Below, piece by piece: positions 9,855-18,585 of a DNA stretch of 64,000 nt. A model generated the notes under the pieces. That model did not search any database and was not told where the DNA came from. It saw nothing but the letters and a program-made list of their open reading frames with translations. The stretch covers positions 1 to 64,000 of the forward strand of contig JBBRNJ010000021.1 of NCBI GenBank assembly GCA_038230375.1. The letters run 5' to 3'. The translations under genes and the position numbers were made by a program. Origin of the DNA: Polyangiales bacterium (GTDB lineage Bacteria > Myxococcota_A > Polyangia > Polyangiales > Polyangiaceae). The stretch's first letter is position 1, and each line of letters opens with the position of its first letter.

Positions 9855-10427
9855 ATGGACGCAGACCTACACCTTGACGGCATTCTCCTCCGCGACAAGC
9901 GCGCGTTCGGCCAGTGGATGGCCATCGCGGAGGAGCCCATGCGTGCGAGCCTGCGCTCGTTCGCAAGCGTGGTGGACGTGGAGGCCGTGCTGCAGGAGTC
10001 GCTGCTGCGCGTGTGGACGGTCGCTCCGCGCTTCGTGCGCGATGGCAAGCCGAATGGGCTGTTGCGGCTGGGCGTCCGCATCGCACGCAACCTGGCCGTG
10101 AGCGAGCTGCGGCGCACGAAGTCACGGCCCATGTCACCGGACGATCTCGAGGACCTCGAGGGCCGCGCTGATGTACACGAGCCCGCGGAGCCCGATCCGC
10201 TCCTGCGCCGCACCATCGAGGAGTGCAGGGAGAAGCTCCCCGGAAAGCCGCGTGAGGCGCTCGACGCGCGGCTCTCCTCTGGCGGCGGTGACGAAGATCT
10301 GGAGCTTGCCATGCGCCTTGGCATGACACTCAACACGTTCCTCCAGAACTTCACGCGCGCTCGGCGCTTCCTCCACGAGTGCCTCAAGAAGCACGGCGTC
10401 ACCATCGACGCGGAGCTCTCCACATGA
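9855..10427 (+). CDS. ECF-type RNA polymerase sigma factor
   Basis: 190 aa; region 2 DVEAVLQESLLRVW..IARNLAVSELRR, region 4 CREKLP..REAL..LAMRLGMTLNT..RARRFLHECL. Confidence 0.8.
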   Translation: MDADLHLDGILLRDKRAFGQWMAIAEEPMRASLRSFASVVDVEAVLQESLLRVWTVAPRFVRDGKPNGLLRLGVRIARNLAVSELRRTKSRPMSPDDLEDLEGRADVHEPAEPDPLLRRTIEECREKLPGKPREALDARLSSGGGDEDLELAMRLGMTLNTFLQNFTRARRFLHECLKKHGVTIDAELST

Positions 10428-10642
10428 CGGAAGAAGAGAAAGAGCTCCTCATCGAGGCCGTGGCCACCGCGAACCGCCCACGTCCACTGGTCACGCTGCG
10501 CTACCACCCCGCGTGGCACGACCTGGACGCCGTAGGCCGAGAAAAAGCGGCCGATCTCGCGCGCGCGCTCCGCAAGATAGAAGCCGCGCTGCACCCCGAA
10601 GGCCTCTCGACCACCGCCCGCGCCGTGCTGGACCGAATCTAG
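10424..10642 (+). CDS. Small hypothetical protein (72 aa), translationally coupled to the ECF sigma
   Basis: ATGA overlap with the sigma stop; MTEEEKELLIEAVATANRPR...YHPAWHDLD...GLSTTARAVLDRI. Confidence 0.7.
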   Translation: MTEEEKELLIEAVATANRPRPLVTLRYHPAWHDLDAVGREKAADLARALRKIEAALHPEGLSTTARAVLDRI

Positions 10643-10676
10643 GAGCCACTGCCGAAGCCCGCGGCACGGCGATGGC

Positions 10677-11798
10677 TCAGTGGCGCGGCTTGCAGCCGGC
10701 GATCAGCGCATCGCTCGCTTGCTGGGTGCCGGTCGGGCCGAGGCCCTCGCCCTGACAACCGTCTGCCGCGCCGACGCAGTGGTAACCAACGAGCCCGCCC
10801 GCGCCTTCGGTCTGCGCGATGAGCTGCTCGTAGATCTGCGCCATCGCCGTCACGGCCGTCGCCTGGTTCGTGCAGTCGAAGAACTCGACGTCGGTCTTGG
10901 GATAGGCGTACGTGCCGCCGACGGCGATGCTGTCGTTCATCCACCGCGTGACGTCACCGGCCGGCAAGTTCTTCGCTCCGCACTTTGCGGTGGCCGGGTT
11001 GTTCTCCCAGTTGTCCAACTTCGGCGGCAGCACCATCGTATCGGTGACACCACACACAGTCGCTGTTGCGGGCGCGTCGCCGTTGCAGCCGAGATCGATG
11101 CGCGCGAACGGCGGGCCGGACAGCTCGTTCACGTAGTCCAGGTAGTCAGCGAGGCCGTAGTGGGCGATCGCGTAGCCGACCTGCGCGGAGCCGCCAGAGA
11201 AGCCCTGCGCGCAGAACCCTTTCGCGCGAGAGGACGCGTGCAGCGCCGGCTCCGCGAACACCCATTTCAGCACCGTGGATGGACGGCAAGCGGCCACCTT
11301 GATCCCCGAGGCCTTGGTCTGCTCCCAGTCGGTCTTCCACGAGACGAAGACCTGGAGCAGGCCGGCGGCGTTGTACGCAGGCGCGCCGTTGTTCTCGACG
11401 CCATCGCCGCCACCGCCCGAGAAATGAACGACGGTGCCGGTGGACGCGCCCGCGCCTGGTGAGACCGTGATCGTCGCGTCGATGCTCTCCGTCTCGATCC
11501 CTGGGCAGCCCGTCACCGTGATCGATTTGCAGGTCGCGCCCGCTGGCGCTTGCGGTCCGCACGCCACAACGGTCACGTTGCCGACGGTACCGAGCCCGCC
11601 GCCGCCGCCGCCGCCCCCACCGTCGGACGTGCCCGCGCCGTCCCCGGACGCCACCGCGTCGAGCGCGGCTCCGTCTGCCTGGACCGCCGCGTCGTCCGGG
11701 ACGCCCCCACCGGCATCTGCTGCGTCGTTGGACGTGGACGATGCCCCGCAAGCTGCGATCAAGAACCCCAGACCCACCGCGACCAAACAACCTCTCAT
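10677..11798 (-). CDS. Cys-rich lipoprotein, probable alpha/beta-hydrolase fold
   Basis: Lipobox LIAAC, DAG/poly-Gly linker, nucleophile-elbow-like GFSGGS, many Cys. Confidence 0.65.
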   Translation of the reverse strand: MRGCLVAVGLGFLIAACGASSTSNDAADAGGGVPDDAAVQADGAALDAVASGDGAGTSDGGGGGGGGGLGTVGNVTVVACGPQAPAGATCKSITVTGCPGIETESIDATITVSPGAGASTGTVVHFSGGGGDGVENNGAPAYNAAGLLQVFVSWKTDWEQTKASGIKVAACRPSTVLKWVFAEPALHASSRAKGFCAQGFSGGSAQVGYAIAHYGLADYLDYVNELSGPPFARIDLGCNGDAPATATVCGVTDTMVLPPKLDNWENNPATAKCGAKNLPAGDVTRWMNDSIAVGGTYAYPKTDVEFFDCTNQATAVTAMAQIYEQLIAQTEGAGGLVGYHCVGAADGCQGEGLGPTGTQQASDALIAGCKPRH

Positions 11799-11825
11799 GG
11801 CGACCTCCCCCTATGCGTTTTCAAT

Positions 11826-12269
11826 TTAGTACGGCGTCGTACTAAAGGCATGCGCGAATCGTGCCATCAGCTCCGGGAACGTTTTCAGCTCTTCGCGCGT
11901 CATCGCGCGTCCGATGGTGGCGTCGAGATCCCGCTCGACCACGCGCAGCCTGGGGACCACGCCCCTGCCCTTTGTCGTGAGCGCGACGACCACGCTGCGA
12001 CCGTCTAACGGGTTCGCCGCCGTGCGGACCAGATCACGCTTTTCCATCCTCGAAATCACGCCCGTCATCGTCGATCGCGGCACGTGCGCGAGGCTCGCGA
12101 GCTCGGACATGGAGAGCACGTCGCGCTCTTCGAGAGAGAAGAGTACAGGCCCCATTCCAGGGTCCACCACACCCCCCAGACGCGCACGTACGAGGCCGCT
12201 CCGCAGCGCCGCCGCGAACGCCGCGTCCGCTCGGGAGAACGCCAGCGCCGGTCCAGTGGACTTCGTCAT
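11826..12269 (-). CDS. MarR-family transcriptional regulator
   Basis: LSMSELA...RSTMTGVISRMEKRDLVR...DGRSVVVALTTKG winged-helix signature. Confidence 0.9.
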   Translation of the reverse strand: MTKSTGPALAFSRADAAFAAALRSGLVRARLGGVVDPGMGPVLFSLEERDVLSMSELASLAHVPRSTMTGVISRMEKRDLVRTAANPLDGRSVVVALTTKGRGVVPRLRVVERDLDATIGRAMTREELKTFPELMARFAHAFSTTPY

Positions 12270-12307
12270 GTCCAGGTAATACGAGCCCGAAGTATACTGG
12301 TCAAGCG

Positions 12308-12586
12308 CTCACCGTTGGCACCGGGCAACGCCTCCACCTCCTCGAAGCGGGAGATACGCAGGCCACGTTCCTGTACGCGGGCGTCGCGGTGGACGGTGAG
12401 CTGGCAGTGTTCCCGATCGCTGTCGATGGGGCTCCGTCAGCGTGGGTCTCATTCCCTGGGTTCGACGTCTACATTGCAGCCCGCACGGACTATCTGGAGA
12501 TGTCCGATGGCGATCCGCTCCCTCGCCCGTATCTCGCGCGAATGAAGGCTCACAAGGCCCGCTTCAACGCGCTACGGCGGTCGTGA
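12308..12586 (+). pseudogene. Possible 5'-truncated gene remnant or small protein
   Basis: Frame of ORF 12389..12586 stays open and protein-like upstream (LHLLEAGDTQATFLYAGVAVDGELAVFPIAVDG..PGFDVYIAA) with no convincing start. Confidence 0.3.
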
Positions 12587-12672
12587 CTTCGCCCCTCGAG
12601 AAGCACGGCGTCACGATCCGCTGTTCCCGGGGATGATCCTACAGGGAGGGTGGGAAGCGGCTGGATTGGGAT

Positions 12673-14826
12673 ATGTTCGCGACCGTGGCGAACCAAGGGA
12701 TCTATCGTGAGGCGGGAGGAGCGAGCGGGCTGCCTCTTCCGCGTTCGAACCTGTCGCTGTTCACCGGCGTCGTTGTGGCGCTCGCGCTCCTGGCGATCGC
12801 AATGCCGCCCGCGCTGCTGGCCGCGACCGGTGGTGGTATGGCGGGCGCGTGGCGGCTCTTCCGCGACGGGGGCGGGTCCATGTGGCTCATCCTGCTCTGC
12901 GGATTGGTCGCGCCCATCGTCGCCGCAACGCTCGGCAGCTTCGTTCTGCGTGGTCGGCAGATTCCGGTTGGTCTGCTCTTCATCGGCTCTGGGCTTCCTT
13001 TGGTGGTGGCGCTGCTCGGGGCCTGGTCGGGGACGCGCATGACCCTGCGCGCGGTCAGCGGCGAGTCCATCGACCCCGAGCAGAAGGCCCGCATCATTGC
13101 CGAAGGGATCGCCGAGAGCATGTCCACGGATCTCCTTGGCGGCTTCGTCGTGTGCGGCCTCGCCATCGTCTCGGCAGCAGCGGCGGCAGCAGCGGTGGCC
13201 TCGATCGATCGGAGCGCGGCATCACGGTCAGGGCCCGCGCCGTCGTCGTTCGGCGCGATCGGTGCGGGCGTGGCCGGTGGCCTGTGGCTGCTCGCCTCGC
13301 TGGTGCTCGCGGTGGTGCGGATGCGCGCCGCGGGTGGGTTGCTCTTCGTGACCGTGCTGCCGCTGTTCGTGCTCGTGCCGCTTGCGGTGCTCGCGGGTCG
13401 AAACGCTTCGGTGCTCCGGGGCTGGCATGATCAGAAGGAGGCCTCGCGCGCGGCTTCTGCCATCGTGGTCGCTGGGCTTTCTGCGCTCCTCGCGGTGCTC
13501 GTGCTGGAGCGCGCGATCGAATCCAGCTTCATGGCGCGCGCGCTGGGCGCGATCTCCGGCGAGAGCGTGGACGACTCGCAACGCGCGCGCATCCTTGCCT
13601 ACGCGCTGGAAGCAGGCCGTCATGCGCCGATCTCGTATGCGATCCACGCGGTGCTTGGCGCCGCTACGTTCGGACTCGCCCTTGCGCCCGCCCTGGGCAA
13701 CGGCCGGAATCCGGCCACGCCGAGCGCCGCCGTGGCCGCGCTGATGGGTCTGGCGCTGCTCGGCGGCACCCTCGCGCTCGCGCACTCACGGACCGAGGCG
13801 CCGCGCCTTCTTGCGACCACGAAGGGGCAGCCGGCGCTCGAAGGCGTGACACTCCCGATCGTCGTCGATACGTTCTCGCGCCGCGGCGGAAGCCCGCGCT
13901 GGGACAGCCAGCGTCTGATCATCCGCGCCGACGGCTCCGGCCCTGGCTCCGGCAGCGACGGCCTGCATGCGGATTACTCACCGGACCGCTGCACTGTGGA
14001 GATCGCGGTCCTCGCGGATCGCGCTTCGACGGTCGCGATGCTGCGCACGCGCATCGGCGCGCCGAAGGGAGTCGCGTGCGGGAAGAACCTGATCTTCGTT
14101 GCCAAGCGCGAGCACCCGCCCGAGCTCGAGGCGCGCCTGGGTGATTTCGCCGGCTTCCTCGGCACCACCGAATATCTGTCTGCGACGATCGATGACGATC
14201 CGGGCGCGCCTCGCTCCGCCGCGACGGACATGCAGGTGAAGTTGGTCGCGGACGATGCGGTGGAGATCGACGGGACGCGCATCTCGCTGCCGCTTCCGTC
14301 CGACGCCGCGCCGCCGCGCGGAAACCTTTCGCGCGTGTCGCGCATCCAGTACGTGTTCCGGCCGACCGACACCATCGACCGCGTGGTGCACACCATCGGC
14401 GCGGTGGAGAGCGCCTACAGGGAACACCTGGAGATCTACGAGCTGGAGCGACAGATCGACGATGGCGTCCGCCCGCCGCCGCCCGCGCCTTCTGGTCGCA
14501 CGGACATCGCGGCAGCTGGCGTCACCGTGAACGGGCGCCTTCCCCCGGAGGTCATCCAGCGCATCGTCCGTCAGAATACGGGTCGATTCCGCCTCTGCTA
14601 CGAGAACGGCCTGCGCACGGATCCCACGCTCCATGGCCGCGTCGTCGTGAAGTTCGTGATCGACAGAAGCGGCGGCGTCGCCACGGCTGCGGACGGCGGC
14701 TCGGAGCTGCCAGACAACGGGGTGGTCTCGTGCATCGTGCGCGCCTTCCAGAGCCTCAGCTTCCCGCAGCCAGAGGGCGGCATCGTCACGGTCGTCTACC
14801 CACTGGATTTCAAAGCGGCGAAATAG
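12673..14826 (+). CDS. Multi-TM protein with TolQ/ExbB-like repeats, ExbD-like segment(s) and a C-terminal AgmX/PglI (TonB-C-like) domain
   Basis: C-terminal GRLPPEVIQRIVRQNTGRFRLCYENGL..LHGRVVVKFVID..CIVRAFQSLSFPQPEGGIVTVVYP; N-terminal FRDGGGSMWLI and DPEQKARIIAEGIAESM. Confidence 0.8.
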   Translation: MFATVANQGIYREAGGASGLPLPRSNLSLFTGVVVALALLAIAMPPALLAATGGGMAGAWRLFRDGGGSMWLILLCGLVAPIVAATLGSFVLRGRQIPVGLLFIGSGLPLVVALLGAWSGTRMTLRAVSGESIDPEQKARIIAEGIAESMSTDLLGGFVVCGLAIVSAAAAAAAVASIDRSAASRSGPAPSSFGAIGAGVAGGLWLLASLVLAVVRMRAAGGLLFVTVLPLFVLVPLAVLAGRNASVLRGWHDQKEASRAASAIVVAGLSALLAVLVLERAIESSFMARALGAISGESVDDSQRARILAYALEAGRHAPISYAIHAVLGAATFGLALAPALGNGRNPATPSAAVAALMGLALLGGTLALAHSRTEAPRLLATTKGQPALEGVTLPIVVDTFSRRGGSPRWDSQRLIIRADGSGPGSGSDGLHADYSPDRCTVEIAVLADRASTVAMLRTRIGAPKGVACGKNLIFVAKREHPPELEARLGDFAGFLGTTEYLSATIDDDPGAPRSAATDMQVKLVADDAVEIDGTRISLPLPSDAAPPRGNLSRVSRIQYVFRPTDTIDRVVHTIGAVESAYREHLEIYELERQIDDGVRPPPPAPSGRTDIAAAGVTVNGRLPPEVIQRIVRQNTGRFRLCYENGLRTDPTLHGRVVVKFVIDRSGGVATAADGGSELPDNGVVSCIVRAFQSLSFPQPEGGIVTVVYPLDFKAAK

Positions 14827-15664
14827 CCCCGAACAAGGTGGTTCGCGCGGTCTTGCTGATGTGGACTCCGTGTTTTGCGAGCGGCTCGAGGAGGTCTTGC
14901 GCTACTTGCTTGGCGAGTGGTTGGGCTCGCGCGGACTCCAGCCAGCCTAGCTCGTGAAGGTGGTCTACGCGGAAGCCGCGGCTGGTGATGCCTTGCACGA
15001 CGGGGCTCGCGTCGCCGGTCCAGAACGGCGCGAAGTCGGCGAGCGTCTCCTCCGTCACGCGCGCGAGGCGTTCGCGGGTCTCGTCGTCCCAGTCCTCTGC
15101 GGCCCACTCCAGGTAGAGCGCGCCCAGGCGCTGGTGGCGGGCCTCGTCCTTCATGATCACCTCGTTCACGCCGGCGATGAGCGGATGCGAGATGAGCTTC
15201 AACGTGGGCATGCCCATGCCCGCGGCGAATGACTCTCCGATGCAGCACACACGCACCATGAGCTCGTGAAGGCGCATCTTCGCGGAGGCGCTGGGATCCG
15301 CCTTGATGGCAAAGCGCTCCATGTCCACCGTGAGCGGCGCGGCCCCACCTAGCTCCATCGCGATGCGCGCGGCCAGCTCGCAGTGCAGCACCTCGTCCGC
15401 GATGAAGTCGCTCGCCATGCCCAGGAGGTCGAGAGGCGCCATGGCCTCTGCCATGCAGCGCACCACCTCGGCGAAGGACGCGACCGCGCGATACTCGTTG
15501 AGCGACACCTCCGTCCAGGCGCGGCGTACGGACTCGAGCAGATCGGGCGCGTAGCGAGACGCGTCCAGAGTTCCCCACGGCAGCGCGTCCGCCGCGGGTC
15601 GCGCCCGTCTGTAGAAGTGTGTTGCGGCGCCGCCCATCCAGGGGAGCTCGAACAGCTGACTCAT
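14810..15664 (-). CDS. Ferritin-like (di-iron) domain protein
   Basis: Paired metal-ligand motifs EYRA..DEVLH and GE..DEARH; helical, 284 aa. Confidence 0.8.
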   Translation of the reverse strand: MSQLFELPWMGGAATHFYRRARPAADALPWGTLDASRYAPDLLESVRRAWTEVSLNEYRAVASFAEVVRCMAEAMAPLDLLGMASDFIADEVLHCELAARIAMELGGAAPLTVDMERFAIKADPSASAKMRLHELMVRVCCIGESFAAGMGMPTLKLISHPLIAGVNEVIMKDEARHQRLGALYLEWAAEDWDDETRERLARVTEETLADFAPFWTGDASPVVQGITSRGFRVDHLHELGWLESARAQPLAKQVAQDLLEPLAKHGVHISKTARTTLFGAISPL

Positions 15665-15668
15665 TGCG

Positions 15669-15992
15669 CTACTTGTCCGACGGCGCGACTTTTCCGACCC
15701 AGTGCTGCTTCGGTTCTGATGGCGCCGGGTTGTCCGACCTCGGAGGCTTCGTCCCAGCCTCGACGGGCTTCATGCCGATGCCGGCATCGGCCACCGCGGG
15801 CTGCACGGTCACCGCCGCGTCCTGGGAGGTGGGCTCGGGCGCGGCGTCATGCATCACCATGCCCACCTTGCCGACGGGATAATCCGGTCCCTGGGCGACG
15901 TCACCGACCACCCTCCGTGAGTCGTTGCAGGCAAGCCCGACGACGCTCGTGGCCGTCACGTAGAGGAGCATGTTTCGCCGCTTCTTCTCCAT
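15669..15992 (-). CDS. Small lipoprotein (107 aa) with repeated VG(K/D)V motif
   Basis: MEKKRRNMLLYVTATSVVGLAC lipoprotein signal; stops 4 nt before the ferritin-like gene. The ORF-track upstream extension overlaps the divergent gene. Confidence 0.65.
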   Translation of the reverse strand: MEKKRRNMLLYVTATSVVGLACNDSRRVVGDVAQGPDYPVGKVGMVMHDAAPEPTSQDAAVTVQPAVADAGIGMKPVEAGTKPPRSDNPAPSEPKQHWVGKVAPSDK

Positions 15993-16080
15993 GCAGCGGA
16001 GCCTACCTGAAGCGAGAATCCATGCGCCGGGTTTGTCCAAAACGTGACGGCCCCGCTTCGGGCCAGATAGGATCGGGGGC

Positions 16081-17526
16081 ATGAAGCACTGGCTATTCGG
16101 CCTCTCCGCGGTTTCCATGAGCGCGGCCTTGCTCGCGTTTGCCCTGGGCGCGTGCAGTGTGAAGATCGACGAGTCCGCCATCTACGATGCCGGAGCCGAC
16201 GCATTTGCGCCCCCCGTCATCAACTGCACCGTCGACAGCGACTGCAAGTCGGACGACTCGTGCGTCGCTGGGACATGCGACCTGGGCGCGCAATCCTGCA
16301 AGTTCGAGGTGTGCCCCACGGGCGACAAGTGCAGCGCCGTCTCGTGCACCACCGCGAACCGGTGCGGACGCGTGTCGCCATTCACCTTCAACGCGGGAAG
16401 CTTCCCCATCCCCGAAGGCCTGGCCTGCTCGACCTGCGTGGGCGCAGTGTTCCCGTACGTCTTCGTCGTGTCGAACATACGCGTGCATGCCTACCGCGTG
16501 TCGGACCCCACCGACACCACGCCGCCGGAGCTGTCGATCACCGATCTGGGCTTCACGCCGAACACGGTGCTCACCCACGGGCGTCGCGTGTACTTCATCG
16601 GCGGTCCCACGGGCGCCAGCACCGCTCCATACAAGCTCCAGGTCGCATGGGTGGACGCGCCCGCCGACGTCGGAGTGACATCGCTGCGCGCGCACATCGT
16701 GACCGAGCCGTTCCCGTCGCCCGAGTTCCGCTTCGACGGAGCCATCACGGGCGCAGACAATCAGCTCTTCGCGCTCCATCGCGTGCAGACCTACGAGATG
16801 AACATGGGCGTTCAGCGCGACGAGGAGATCCTGATGAACATCTCATCGGAGCTCAACCCCGGCATGCTGAACTTCATCGCCCCCAAGAACTATCCCGCGA
16901 ACGGTCGAACCGTCGCGTTCGCGAACGGCCGCACCATCGTGTACCGGCCCACCATGGCCGTGGGCACCTTCAACTTCGGCAACTCGCCGGGTACCGCGGA
17001 CGCGAACCTCACGGCCGACACGCCTCTCCCGGGCATGGGCTCACCAGGTGGTGCGTCGTTCTCGACCGGCGCCGATGGGACCGTCTTCTGGTCCACCACG
17101 ATCCGGCTACCGCCGGTAGCGAACCAGCCGCAGATGCTCTCTGGCGTGCGTCTTGGCGTACCGCTGACTGCCGGCGCAGGCGCATTCAATCTGGCCTCGA
17201 AGGTGGACCTGGAGACCTACGCAGGCGCGGGCTTCCCGGAAAATACCGGACAGAATCCCATCAATCCGTACGTCGGGCCCGTGGTGCCCATGGGCAGTGG
17301 CGCGCTCCTCGCGCTTGCCGCCGCGCGCGAGAACTCGGGACAGACCAGCGTCCAGGTGGTGACCAACAACAATGGTGCGCTGGCGCTCGCGCCCGGCAAA
17401 CGCTTCGTCTTCAAGCAACGAGTCGATCAGGTCGCGGCTGCAGGCACGGAGGGTTTCGGCTACGTCGTCACATCGGACACGCCGGACACCATGACCGTTC
17501 ACACGTTCTCCGCGGGGTGCCAATGA
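16081..17526 (+). CDS. Cys-rich lipoprotein (EGF-like Cys cluster plus beta-rich domain)
   Basis: Lipobox LGAC, DAGAD linker, CTVDSDC..DDSCVAGTC..C.FEVC cluster. Confidence 0.75.
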   Translation: MKHWLFGLSAVSMSAALLAFALGACSVKIDESAIYDAGADAFAPPVINCTVDSDCKSDDSCVAGTCDLGAQSCKFEVCPTGDKCSAVSCTTANRCGRVSPFTFNAGSFPIPEGLACSTCVGAVFPYVFVVSNIRVHAYRVSDPTDTTPPELSITDLGFTPNTVLTHGRRVYFIGGPTGASTAPYKLQVAWVDAPADVGVTSLRAHIVTEPFPSPEFRFDGAITGADNQLFALHRVQTYEMNMGVQRDEEILMNISSELNPGMLNFIAPKNYPANGRTVAFANGRTIVYRPTMAVGTFNFGNSPGTADANLTADTPLPGMGSPGGASFSTGADGTVFWSTTIRLPPVANQPQMLSGVRLGVPLTAGAGAFNLASKVDLETYAGAGFPENTGQNPINPYVGPVVPMGSGALLALAAARENSGQTSVQVVTNNNGALALAPGKRFVFKQRVDQVAAAGTEGFGYVVTSDTPDTMTVHTFSAGCQ

Positions 17527-18566
17527 GAGCTTCGTCGTTCGTCTTCGGTCTGTCCGTTCTGCTTGCGTCCACGGGGGCTTTCGCGGCCGATGCCACGCCC
17601 GCAACGCCTCCGGCAACTCCGCCCGCGACGCCTCCGCCAACCACACCGCCCGCGAACGGCACGGCCACGCCACCGCCCGCGGGTCCGTCACCTGATGCGA
17701 TCGCGGAGGCGAATCGTCAGATGGAGTCCGGCCGTCAGGCGATCAAGGCGAAGCACTTCGTGCAGGCCGCGCAGCTGTTCGAGGCAGCGGCGTCGCTCGG
17801 TCGTCAGACCACCGCGCACGTGCAGGCGGGGCAGGCGTGGGAGCAGGCTGATCGTCCGGAGCGCGCAGCGGATGCGTTCGCGCGCGCGCTGGGGCAGGGC
17901 GGGGAAGCCCCCGATGCCACCGCGAAGGAGCGGCTCGACGTGCTCGAGCGTTCGCTCGGCACGCTGGACGTGAAGGCGCCTGCGGGCTTCACGGTGCAGC
18001 TCGATTCTGGAACGGAGGCCTCCGCGCCTGCGCGCTTGCACGGTCCCGCGGGCATCCACTCGCTCGCGATCTTCGCGCCCGACCGCCCGATCATGCGGCG
18101 CGATGTCCGGCTCGAGCTCGGCAAGCCGCTCGCGCTCACGCTCGGCAAGGACGAGCCCGCGCAGACGTCAGGCGCGAACAAGGATCATTCGCAGGACATG
18201 AGCACGGGCGCACCGGCGCCGCAGACGCACCAGGTGGTGGTGGAGCGCGCGCCGCCGGGACAGCTCCGCAAGGCCGTGGGCTTCACGGCGATCGGCCTTG
18301 GTGCTGCGTCGCTCGGCGCCACGATCGTGCTCGGGCTCTCCACGATCGATGCGCGCAACGCATTCAACGCCGCGCCGTCGAAGCCGCTCTTCGATCACGA
18401 GCAGACGCTGCAGACCTGCACGAACGTCGCGCTGGTCGCGGGCGCGGTGCTCGCGGTCGGCGGCGTGGTGCTCGTGCTCTGGCCAGCCGGCCCCCCGGCC
18501 AGCGGCGAGGTCACCGTTGGCGTCGCGCCGGGTCTTGGCGGCGGCAGCGTGGTCGGCTCGTTCTGA
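17523..18566 (+). CDS. Secreted TPR/PEGA-like protein with C-terminal hydrophobic hairpin
   Basis: ATGA overlap; signal peptide, Pro-rich linker, TPR-like helices (AAQLFEAA..AGQAWEQA..AADAFARAL), PEGA-like LGTLDV..VQLD, glycine-rich C-terminus. Confidence 0.75.
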   Translation: MRASSFVFGLSVLLASTGAFAADATPATPPATPPATPPPTTPPANGTATPPPAGPSPDAIAEANRQMESGRQAIKAKHFVQAAQLFEAAASLGRQTTAHVQAGQAWEQADRPERAADAFARALGQGGEAPDATAKERLDVLERSLGTLDVKAPAGFTVQLDSGTEASAPARLHGPAGIHSLAIFAPDRPIMRRDVRLELGKPLALTLGKDEPAQTSGANKDHSQDMSTGAPAPQTHQVVVERAPPGQLRKAVGFTAIGLGAASLGATIVLGLSTIDARNAFNAAPSKPLFDHEQTLQTCTNVALVAGAVLAVGGVVLVLWPAGPPASGEVTVGVAPGLGGGSVVGSF

Positions 18567-18585
18567 GGAGGGAGCCGCCGTTCGC

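Noticed and set aside
16152..17522. 804-aa ORF 16152..18566 as a single gene
   Set aside because: The first ~457 codons are an Arg-rich alternate frame of the lipoprotein gene; the real gene starts at ATG 17523 with a signal peptide.
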